Below are positions 27,795 through 35,504 of a stretch of DNA of 54,349 nt, in pieces. Source of the stretch: an uncultured Gemmatimonadales bacterium (GTDB lineage Bacteria > Gemmatimonadota > Gemmatimonadetes > Gemmatimonadales > JACORV01). Location of the stretch: positions 2,955 to 57,303 of the forward strand of contig CAYHQJ010000001.1 in NCBI GenBank assembly GCA_964358595.1, read 5' to 3'. How positions within the stretch are numbered: position 1 is the stretch's first letter; each line of letters starts with the position of its first letter. The notes under the pieces were generated by a model. It ran no database searches. It saw nothing but the letters and a program-made list of their open reading frames with translations, and had not been told where the DNA came from. Made by a program: the position numbers and the translations under genes.

Positions 27795-29698
27795 CGGCGC
27801 TTCCCTGGGGCCGGGGCTGTGACGGGCCGGGGCGCCGCCGGGCGCGGGGCTCGCGGGGACGGCGGGGCCGCCGAATCCCGCGGCTCGGAGCGCGGGGCCG
27901 TATCCTCCGGGATCCGGAGGGGCACGATCTCGGTGTCCGCGGCGCGGGCCGAGTCGGGCCCCAGGAGGTAGCGCTCCACGACGCGGGCCACGTACCGCGC
28001 GACGATCGTGCCGTGCTCGGCGAATTCCATGATGCCGCCGACGACGATCGCCGGGTCGGCGGCGGGAGCGAACCCGATGAACCACCCGTGGTCGGGGCCG
28101 TGCGGGTTCTGGGCCGTACCGGTCTTGCCCGCCAGCCGCAGCCGCTCGAGGCGCACGCCGCGGGCCGTGCCCCGCTCCACCACCGCGATGAGCGCCTGGC
28201 GCACGCCGAGGAACGTGCTCTCGGGGAGCTGGACGACGGGCGGCGGCGCCGCGCGCTCGCGCACCACGTAGGGCGTGGGGACGTGGCCGCCGTTGGCGAG
28301 CGCGGCGTAGAAGCGCACCATGTTGATCAGCGTCTGCGCGTTCTCCCCCTGCCCGATGGCGAGGTTCACGGCGACGGCGTTGGTCCAGCGCCCGCGGCCG
28401 TAAAGCCGGTCGTAGTAGGCCGGTCCCGCCGGGAACGCCGACCTGAGCTCGCCCGGCAGGTCGATCCCGCTGACGCTGCGGAAGCCCATGGCGTTGCCGT
28501 CCTCGAGCAGGTTGGTCACGCCGAGTCGCATGCCGAGCTGATAGAAGTACACATCGCACGAGCTGGCGATGGCGCCGACCAGGTCCAGCGAGCCGTGCCC
28601 CTCCTTCTTCCAGCACTTGAAGAACCGATTGCCGATCTGCATGCCCCCGCGGCACGGCTGCGGCATGTGGCTGTCGAAGCGCGCCACGCCGTGGCGCAGC
28701 GCCATCGTCGCGATCGCGAGCTTGAAGGTCGAGGCCGGCGGATAGCGGGTCGCGATCGCGCGGTTGAGGAGTGGCCGCGCCGGATCCTCGTTGAGGGCGC
28801 GCCAGCTGTCGCGCTGGATCCCGCCGACGAAGGCGTTCGGGTCGTAGGCCGGGTTCGAGTAAAGCGCGAGGATCGCGCCGCTGCGCGGGTCCATCGCGAC
28901 GATCGCGCCGCGCCGGGTCGCCGGGAAGATGGACGCCACGAACCGCTGGAGGTCGAGGTCGATCGTGGTACGGATGACGTGCCCGGGTTCGGTGGCGAGC
29001 GCGGGCGCCCCCTGGTCCCTGATCACGCGGCCCAGGGCGTCCACCTCGACGAACCGCACGCCGTCCGAGCCCTTGAGCGAGTCCTCGTACTCGCGCTCGA
29101 GGCCCTCTTGGCCCACGATCGCTCCGGGGCGGCGGTCGCCGTAGGCGGGCGTCGCCAGCTCCTGCTCGGTGACTTCCCCCACGTAGCCGACGATGTGCGC
29201 CACCGCCGTGCTGTCGGGGTACATGCGCTTCGGCTCGGTCTGGATGACGAGGCCCGGCAGCGTGGATCGCCGCTCCTCGAGGTGCGCGACGAGGGCGAAG
29301 GGCGCATCCTTGACGACGAGCGTCGGCTCGTAAGGCGCGGCGCGATAGCGCCGGATGATGCGGCGCACCTGCTCCGTGTCGAGCGCCACGAGCGGCTCGA
29401 GCCGGGCCAGCATCGCGCGCAGCGAGTCCGCGTTCGCCGCGAGCACCAGCACCGAGTAGCCCGGCACGTTCTCGGCGATGATGCGCCCGCGGCGGTCGAG
29501 GATCAGCCCGCGCGGCGCGGGGAGCGGCACCGGGCGCAGGCGGTTCGACTCCGACTTCAACCGGTACTTGTCGTGCTGGAGAACCTGGAGCCGGAAGAAC
29601 GACAGCCCCAGCAGGCCGAAGACCAGCAGCAGCGCGCGCGCGGCGGCGGTGCCCCGCTGCGCGAGCAGGAAGGGGTGGAACGCCTGGCGGCCGCTCAC
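27791..29698 (-). CDS. mrdA: Penicillin-binding protein 2 (elongasome transpeptidase)
   Basis: In-frame GTG 29698 overlaps the mreD stop (GTGA). It has a TM anchor, the motifs RGLILDRRGRIIAEN, STFK, SSCD and KTGTA, and a Pro/Arg-rich C-terminal tail. Confidence 0.9.
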   Translation of the reverse strand: MSGRQAFHPFLLAQRGTAAARALLLVFGLLGLSFFRLQVLQHDKYRLKSESNRLRPVPLPAPRGLILDRRGRIIAENVPGYSVLVLAANADSLRAMLARLEPLVALDTEQVRRIIRRYRAAPYEPTLVVKDAPFALVAHLEERRSTLPGLVIQTEPKRMYPDSTAVAHIVGYVGEVTEQELATPAYGDRRPGAIVGQEGLEREYEDSLKGSDGVRFVEVDALGRVIRDQGAPALATEPGHVIRTTIDLDLQRFVASIFPATRRGAIVAMDPRSGAILALYSNPAYDPNAFVGGIQRDSWRALNEDPARPLLNRAIATRYPPASTFKLAIATMALRHGVARFDSHMPQPCRGGMQIGNRFFKCWKKEGHGSLDLVGAIASSCDVYFYQLGMRLGVTNLLEDGNAMGFRSVSGIDLPGELRSAFPAGPAYYDRLYGRGRWTNAVAVNLAIGQGENAQTLINMVRFYAALANGGHVPTPYVVRERAAPPPVVQLPESTFLGVRQALIAVVERGTARGVRLERLRLAGKTGTAQNPHGPDHGWFIGFAPAADPAIVVGGIMEFAEHGTIVARYVARVVERYLLGPDSARAADTEIVPLRIPEDTAPRSEPRDSAAPPSPRAPRPAAPRPVTAPAPGKRR

Positions 29699-30189
29699 GC
29701 CGGCCGCGCGGCGAGCCAGCCGCGGAACACGAGCAGCACGGCGAACGCCGCCGCCGCGGTCGTCAGCCCCGAGAGCGGGGACCAGGCGAGCAGCTGCCAG
29801 GCCAGCGCGCCGCCCGCGAGCTGGTTCGCGGCGAGCACCTGGACGGCGTCCCGCAGCCACGAGGCGGCAAAGACGAACAGCGCGTTGATCAGCAGGTTGT
29901 CGGCGAAGGTGAGCGTCGTGAGCCACGCCGCGCCGTAGCCGACCACCGTGCAGGCGAGCGCCGCCGAGCCGAAGGCAGTCGGCGCCAGGGCGTCGGTCAT
30001 CAGGCCAACGAGGAAGCCGGCCGCCGCGCCCGCGCCCGGCCGCGTGCGCACGGCGAAGAACAACAGCGCGACCAGCACGAAGTCGGGGGCGAAGCGCGGG
30101 TCGCCGAGCCGCGGGCGGACCGCGAAGTGGAGCGCCACGAGGAGGAGCAGCAGCCCCCAGAACCGGGCGAGGGCCGGCGTGTTCCTCAT
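29695..30189 (-). CDS. mreD: Rod shape-determining protein MreD
   Basis: Start ATG 30189 (MRNTPALARFWG...). About 164 aa with five TM segments and a GFLVGLMTDAL motif. It lies immediately upstream of mrdA. Confidence 0.75.
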   Translation of the reverse strand: MRNTPALARFWGLLLLLVALHFAVRPRLGDPRFAPDFVLVALLFFAVRTRPGAGAAAGFLVGLMTDALAPTAFGSAALACTVVGYGAAWLTTLTFADNLLINALFVFAASWLRDAVQVLAANQLAGGALAWQLLAWSPLSGLTTAAAAFAVLLVFRGWLAARPA

Positions 30190-30208
30190 CGGGCCGGGGC
30201 GCCTCCCG

Positions 30209-31408
30209 TCACTGCCGGCATGGCGCGTTCGGGTCGCCGCGCGGCCCGTCCACCACGGGCCGACGCTCGAGGTCCGCGACCGCGCGCACCGCCTCGAGCA
30301 CCAGTTGCCCAACGCGGGCCATGTCGTCGTAGGCGATGTACTGCGGCTCGTCCGTTACCTGGTGGTAGTCGAGGTGCACGCCGCGCGAGAGCGCGACGGA
30401 CGGGATGCCGTAGCGCGCGTAGCTGTAGTGATCGGCGCGGCAGTAGTACCGGAGCGGGTGGCCGGGCGCGTCGAACTCGTAGCTGAAGCGGAACGGTTGC
30501 GCGAGCCGCGCGTTCGCCGCCTCGAGCAGATCGCCGAACTCGGTCGAGAGCCGCCGCGCGCCGACCACCTCGAGGTACTCCGGCCCGCCGCCCGGCAGGT
30601 CGGCCGCCATGCCGCGCCCGACCATGTCCAGGTCCATCTCGGCGACGATCGAGTCGCGCGGGACCGTCGGATGGTCGGCGAACCACCGCGAGCCGAGCAG
30701 CCCGCGCTCCTCCGCCGCGTGCGAAACGAACAGCACCGAGCGGCGCGGGCGCGGCCCAGCGGCGAGCGCGCGGGCAACCTCCACCAGCGTCACCGTTCCC
30801 GAGCCGTCGTCGTCCGCGCCGTTGTAGATCGAATCCGGCCGCGGTGCGTGGTCGGTCCGGAGGCTGTCGCGCAGCGCCCGGATCCGCACCCGCTCCTCGG
30901 CCGTGGCGGGACGGTTCGGGGAGTCGGCGCCCGCCGGCCGGACCACGCGGTTGTGTGCGCGCGTCGAATCGTGGTCCACGCTCGTGCCGCTCACGCCGAG
31001 GTGATCGTTGTGTGCGCTGAGCGAGACATACGTCGAGCGCAGCGCGGGATCCCGCCCCGGCAGGATGGCCACGACGTTGCGCGCCGGGTAGCGCAGCGGC
31101 ACGGCCGTGATGCGGGAGGCCGTGTCCGGTGCGATTCGCACGAACGCGAGCGTCTGGAAGAAGGTCCCGTTCTCTCCCGCCGGCTGCAGCCCGAAGCGCC
31201 GGAACGACGCGGCGACCCATTCGGCCGCCTTGAAGTTACCGGGCTCTCCGGTGTCGCGCCCGCCCATCGAGTCGTGGGCGATGGCGAACAGGTCGGAGCG
31301 CAGATCCGCTGCGCGCAGTTCCGGTGATCCCTGCGCGGCGGCCGGCGCTGCCCCGACGAACGCGCGTGCCGCGAGCAGGAGCATGGCGAGGGGACCGCGT
31401 CCGATCAC
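30209..31408 (-). CDS. Secreted M28-family zinc aminopeptidase
   Basis: In-frame GTG 31408 overlaps the mreC stop (GTGA). An alternative start is ATG 31384. The signal peptide is ...MLLLAARAFVGAAPAAAQ. M28 motifs are NGADDDGSGTV, AAEERGLLGS, EMDLDMVG and YHQVTD. Confidence 0.85.
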   Translation of the reverse strand: MIGRGPLAMLLLAARAFVGAAPAAAQGSPELRAADLRSDLFAIAHDSMGGRDTGEPGNFKAAEWVAASFRRFGLQPAGENGTFFQTLAFVRIAPDTASRITAVPLRYPARNVVAILPGRDPALRSTYVSLSAHNDHLGVSGTSVDHDSTRAHNRVVRPAGADSPNRPATAEERVRIRALRDSLRTDHAPRPDSIYNGADDDGSGTVTLVEVARALAAGPRPRRSVLFVSHAAEERGLLGSRWFADHPTVPRDSIVAEMDLDMVGRGMAADLPGGGPEYLEVVGARRLSTEFGDLLEAANARLAQPFRFSYEFDAPGHPLRYYCRADHYSYARYGIPSVALSRGVHLDYHQVTDEPQYIAYDDMARVGQLVLEAVRAVADLERRPVVDGPRGDPNAPCRQ

Positions 31409-32268
31409 GGGGATCTCGGCAGGCTGTCGGTCGTGGACGAGTCGCTGAAGGCGGAGGACCGGTCGGAAACCGGGGCGGGCGAGAGAATCATCACGTGCGA
31501 GGCATCCGCAGGGTGCACCGCCGGTCGCAGCAGATACGTACGCTCCCACCCCGCGGATTCACTGAGTATCCCCTGGACGGTGCCGAGCGGAATGCCGCGC
31601 GGGAATACGCCGCCCAGCCCCGAGGTCACCACCCGCGTTCCGGGCGCGAGCTGGTCCCGGTAGGCGACACCGCGCAGCTCCATGACCTCGCCGGCGGCCG
31701 ACTCGCGCCGGGCCGCGACGATGCCGTACACGTCGCCCCCATCCACCATCGCGCTCGCCCGGAAGTCCGGGTGTGTCCACGCCAGCGCCACACTCGTGTG
31801 CGCGTCCACCGAGCGCACCATCCCGACCAGGCCGCGCGCCGCCACGACCGGCGCCAGCTGCTCCACTCCCTCGGCGGCGCCGGCCGAAAGCACGAGGGTG
31901 AGCCCATCCGTGACCCCGGCCTGGTGCAAGACCTCGGCCGTGACGAAAGCGCCCCCCAGCCGCGCGCCCAGCCCGACCAGCCGGCGCAGCCGCGTGTTCT
32001 CCGCGCGCAGCTCCGGGAGGAAGGCCGCCGCCAGCGCGAGCGAGTCGCGCTCGGCGCGCAGCGCCGTGAGGCGCTGGCGGTACTGCGCCGACTCTATGCT
32101 CTGCCGCTCGACGGTGAGGGCCGGGAAGAGGACGGTCCGGCGGAGCGCGCCGGCGATCGGCTGGCGCAGAGCGTCGGGGAGGGCCAATGCGACGAGCGCC
32201 AGCACGAGGCAGGCGGCGAACACGGCCGTGTCGGCCCGCGTCCCGTAGCGCTCCGTCCGCAGGGCCAC
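31405..32268 (-). CDS. mreC: Rod shape-determining protein MreC
   Basis: GTG start with an N-terminal TM helix, a coiled-coil segment (RLTALRAERDSL...LRAENTRLRRL), beta-barrel repeats (VVTSGLGGVFPRGIPLG) and a Ser-rich tail. Confidence 0.88.
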   Translation of the reverse strand: MALRTERYGTRADTAVFAACLVLALVALALPDALRQPIAGALRRTVLFPALTVERQSIESAQYRQRLTALRAERDSLALAAAFLPELRAENTRLRRLVGLGARLGGAFVTAEVLHQAGVTDGLTLVLSAGAAEGVEQLAPVVAARGLVGMVRSVDAHTSVALAWTHPDFRASAMVDGGDVYGIVAARRESAAGEVMELRGVAYRDQLAPGTRVVTSGLGGVFPRGIPLGTVQGILSESAGWERTYLLRPAVHPADASHVMILSPAPVSDRSSAFSDSSTTDSLPRSP

Positions 32269-32274
32269 GCGCGG

Positions 32275-33312
32275 TTACGTCGTCAGGACGGCGCGGTACT
32301 TCTCGGGATCGTCGAGGATCCGCCCCGTGCCGCGGACCACGCAGGTGAGCGGGTCCTCGTCCACGTGGATCGGGAGGCTGGTCTCGTGCGACAGGAGGAT
32401 GTCGAGCCCGCGGATCAGCGCGCTGCCGCCGGTCATGACGATGCCGCGGTCCACGATGTCGCTCGCCAGCTCCGGCGGCGTGATCTCGAGGGCGCGGCGC
32501 ACCGCGTCCACGATCTGCTGGACCGGCTCCTGGATCGCCTCGCGGATCTCGCTCGAGTGCACGCGCACCGTCTTGGGGATCCCGGAGACGAGGTCGCGTC
32601 CCTTCACCGCCATCTCGCGCTCCTCGCCCACCGGCGCCGCCGAGCCGATCTCGATCTTGACGCGCTCGGCTGTCGGCTCGCCGATCAGTAGGTTGTAGTT
32701 CTTGCGCATGAACTGCACGATGGCGGTGTCCATCTCGTCGCCGGCCGTGCGGATGGAGGTGTCGCACACGATGCCGCTGAGCGCGATCACTGCGATCTCG
32801 GTCGTGCCGCCGCCGATGTCGATCACCATGTTGCCGGTCGGCGTCTCGATCGGCAGCCCCACGCCGATCGCCGCGGCCATCGGCTCGGCCACCATGTACA
32901 CTTGCTTCGCGCCCGCCGACTGCGCGCTGTCACGCACCGCGCGCTTCTCCACCTCGGTGATCCCGCTCGGCACGCAGATGATAACCTTCGGCTTCACCGG
33001 GAAGACGTGCTTGTTGATGATCTCCGAGAGGAAGTAGCGCAGCATCTTCTCGGTCACGTCGAAGTCGGCGATCACGCCGTCCTTCAGCGGCCGCACCGCG
33101 AGCACGCCGTCCGGCGTGCGGCCCAGCATGCGCTTCGCCTCGAGGCCGATGCCCGCGATCTTCCCCGTGCGCTTCTCGATCGCGACGACCGAAGGCTCGT
33201 TCAGCACGATCCCCTCGCCGCGCACGTAGATCAGCGTGTTCGAGGTGCCGAGATCGACGGCGATTTCGTTGGCGGGAAGGAACGACCCCAGCTTGAATGA
33301 CGGCCAGCGCAT
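32275..33312 (-). CDS. mreB: Rod shape-determining actin homologue MreB
   Basis: The start is taken at ATG 33312 (MRWPSFKLGSFLPANEIAVDLGTSNTLIYV), giving 345 aa. Motifs are DIGGGTTE and MTGGSALIRGLD. Confidence 0.92.
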   Translation of the reverse strand: MRWPSFKLGSFLPANEIAVDLGTSNTLIYVRGEGIVLNEPSVVAIEKRTGKIAGIGLEAKRMLGRTPDGVLAVRPLKDGVIADFDVTEKMLRYFLSEIINKHVFPVKPKVIICVPSGITEVEKRAVRDSAQSAGAKQVYMVAEPMAAAIGVGLPIETPTGNMVIDIGGGTTEIAVIALSGIVCDTSIRTAGDEMDTAIVQFMRKNYNLLIGEPTAERVKIEIGSAAPVGEEREMAVKGRDLVSGIPKTVRVHSSEIREAIQEPVQQIVDAVRRALEITPPELASDIVDRGIVMTGGSALIRGLDILLSHETSLPIHVDEDPLTCVVRGTGRILDDPEKYRAVLTT

Positions 33313-33476
33313 TCCGGCGACGGTTGACCCGGTTGAAGGTGCGGCCTGCCAGAGGGCCGCCCGCGACCCCCCGTAAGTCATTGATAGTACCGCAACATAG
33401 CCGCGCTGTACGGTTCGAGCAAGCGGCCCCGAGCATGTGGCACTGGCGCCACAAAACGGCCTCCCGGAGTCCCTGG

Positions 33477-33506
33477 TTGACACCCGCGACGGCCCCTGGG
33501 TAATCT
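33477..33506 (+). promoter_or_regulatory. Putative sigma70-type promoter of the ferredoxin/GGR-like operon, giving a leaderless mRNA
   Basis: TTGACA (33477-33482), an 18-nt spacer and TAATCT (33501-33506). The ATG at 33513 is 7 nt from the -10 end, and there is no SD. Confidence 0.4.
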
Positions 33507-33512
33507 CGCCCA

Positions 33513-33713
33513 ATGCCCGTCACCACCGTGCGCCGCGTCGCGGTCGTGGACAACGACCTGTGCGACGAATGCGGCCTCTGCATGCCGCTCTGCCCCCCCG
33601 AGGCGATCCACATGACCCGCAAGGGTCTGGTGGTGGACGGCGACACCTGCACGGGGTGCGTCAAGTGCATCGCGCCCTGCCCCGTCGGCGCGCTCGCGAT
33701 GGTGGATGCGTAA
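33513..33713 (+). CDS. Small 2x[4Fe-4S]-type ferredoxin (66 aa)
   Basis: Motifs CDECGLCMPLCP and CTGCVKCIAPCP. Its 3' end overlaps the next gene by 8 nt. Confidence 0.85.
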   Translation: MPVTTVRRVAVVDNDLCDECGLCMPLCPPEAIHMTRKGLVVDGDTCTGCVKCIAPCPVGALAMVDA

Positions 33714-34878
33714 GACCGACGTGCTCGTGGTCGGTGCCGGGCCCGCCGGCTGCATTGCCGCGCGGGAGGCGGCGGCGGGCGGCACGGGACTCGACGTCCT
33801 CCTGATCGAGCGCGACCGCGCCATCGGCGCGCCGGTGCGCTGCGCCGAAGGCGTCGGCAGCGCCGGCCTGCGCGAGTTCCTCGACCCCACCGGCGCCGAC
33901 TGGGTCTCCCGCCGGATCACCAAGGTCATCTTCTGGGCGCCCGACGACACCGAGGTGCGCGTAGCCGAGGGTGACGTCGGCTACGTGCTCGACCGCACGC
34001 GCTTCGAGCCGGTGCTCGCCGACGAGGCGCGCCGCGCGGGCGCGGAAGTCCTGATTCGCACCGAGGCGTGCGGGATGGTGCGCGATGACGGCGGCTGGAA
34101 GGTGCGGCTGACGGGCCCGCGCGGCGAGCAGGAGATCCGCGCGAAGATCGTGATCGGCGCCGACGGCGTGGAGTCCATGGTGGGCCGCTGGGCGGGCCTC
34201 GACACGCGCGTCGCGTCGCGCGACATGGAGTCCTGCGCGCAGTATGTCGTCTCGAACATCGCGTTCGACCCCGACGCCATCTACCTGCACTTCACCAGCC
34301 GGTGGGCGCCGGGTGGCTACGGGTGGATCTTCCCCAAGAGCGTCGGTGTCGCGAACGTCGGCCTCGGGATGGTCGCGCTCAAGTCCGACGGCCGGAACGC
34401 GCGACAGTACCTCGACGAGTACGTGGCGCGCTACTTCCCGCAGGGCACCGTCGTCGGGCTCACGGTGGGCGGCGTGATCGTCGCCACGACCGTCAAGCGG
34501 ACGACCACCGACGGCGTGATGCTCGCCGGCGACGCGGCCCACATGATCAACCCGCTTTCCGGCGGCGGCATCGTGAACGCGATGAAAGCGGGCCGGCTGG
34601 CCGGCCGCCACGCCGCCGCGTCACTCGCCGAAGGGGACACGTCCGCGAGGCGGCTCCAGCGCTACCACGACGACTGGATGGCGCTCCTGGGCGACGACCA
34701 CCTCAAGTACTACCGGCTCAAGGAAGCGCTCACCAAGCTCGACGACGCCTTCTTCAACAAGCTGGCGCGCACGGTGAACGCGATTCCGCTGGAGAAGCGC
34801 ACCCTCGGCAGGATCTTCGCGCACGCGCTGGTGAACCATCCGCAGCTGATTCCGGTCGCCGCCCGGTTCTTCGTCTGA
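33706..34878 (+). CDS. Geranylgeranyl reductase family FAD-dependent oxidoreductase (archaeal GGR-like)
   Basis: Motifs are DVLVVGAGPAGCIAA (dinucleotide fold), APVRCAEGVG, GYGWIFPK and LAGDAAHMINPLSGGGI. Confidence 0.85.
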   Translation: MRKTDVLVVGAGPAGCIAAREAAAGGTGLDVLLIERDRAIGAPVRCAEGVGSAGLREFLDPTGADWVSRRITKVIFWAPDDTEVRVAEGDVGYVLDRTRFEPVLADEARRAGAEVLIRTEACGMVRDDGGWKVRLTGPRGEQEIRAKIVIGADGVESMVGRWAGLDTRVASRDMESCAQYVVSNIAFDPDAIYLHFTSRWAPGGYGWIFPKSVGVANVGLGMVALKSDGRNARQYLDEYVARYFPQGTVVGLTVGGVIVATTVKRTTTDGVMLAGDAAHMINPLSGGGIVNAMKAGRLAGRHAAASLAEGDTSARRLQRYHDDWMALLGDDHLKYYRLKEALTKLDDAFFNKLARTVNAIPLEKRTLGRIFAHALVNHPQLIPVAARFFV

Positions 34879-35474
34879 TGGCGAGCGCCCGCCGTGTCGC
34901 GGCCCTCGCCCTCGCCGCTGCCCTGACGGCTCCGGCCTGCGCGACGGTCCGGCAACTCACCGCGCTGCGCCAGGTGGACTTCGCGATCGACCGCGTGTCG
35001 GGCGTCTCCCTGGCGGGCGTCTCGCTCGACCAGGTCCGCTCCTTCGCCGATCTCGACCTCCGGGAGGCGGGCCGCCTCGCGGCGGCGGTGGCCCGCCGCC
35101 AGGTGCCGGCCGAGTTCACGCTGCACCTGCGCGGCGAGAACCCGGCCGACAACCCCGTGACGGCACGGATGCTCCGGCTGACCTGGACCCTCGCGCTCAA
35201 CGGGCGGGAGACGGTGTCGGGGACGATCGACACCACATACACGTTCCCGCCTGGCGAGCCCCAGGACGTCGCCGTGCCGGTCCGGCTCGACCTCTACGAG
35301 TTCTTCCAGGCCAGCGGGCGCGACGCGTTCGAGCTGGCCCTCGGGCTGCTCGGCGCCGGCGGGCGCCCGACCGAAGTGTCCCTGCGCGCTGTCCCCGTGA
35401 TCGACACGCCGCTCGGCGCGATCCACTACCCCACCGCCATCACGATCGTCCGCCGGATTGTCGGCGGGCCCTGA
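34878..35474 (+). CDS. LEA_2 (LEA14/NDR1-HIN1-like) domain protein with signal peptide
   Basis: ATG 34878 shares its A with the GGR stop (TGATG). The signal peptide is MASARRVAALALAAALTAPAC. The pattern L..ENPADNP...L.WTLALNGRETVSG resembles the LEA_2 fold. The family call is tentative. Confidence 0.6.
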   Translation: MASARRVAALALAAALTAPACATVRQLTALRQVDFAIDRVSGVSLAGVSLDQVRSFADLDLREAGRLAAAVARRQVPAEFTLHLRGENPADNPVTARMLRLTWTLALNGRETVSGTIDTTYTFPPGEPQDVAVPVRLDLYEFFQASGRDAFELALGLLGAGGRPTEVSLRAVPVIDTPLGAIHYPTAITIVRRIVGGP

Positions 35475-35504
35475 AGTGCCACCGCCCCGCAGGAGCGCCG
35501 GCGC

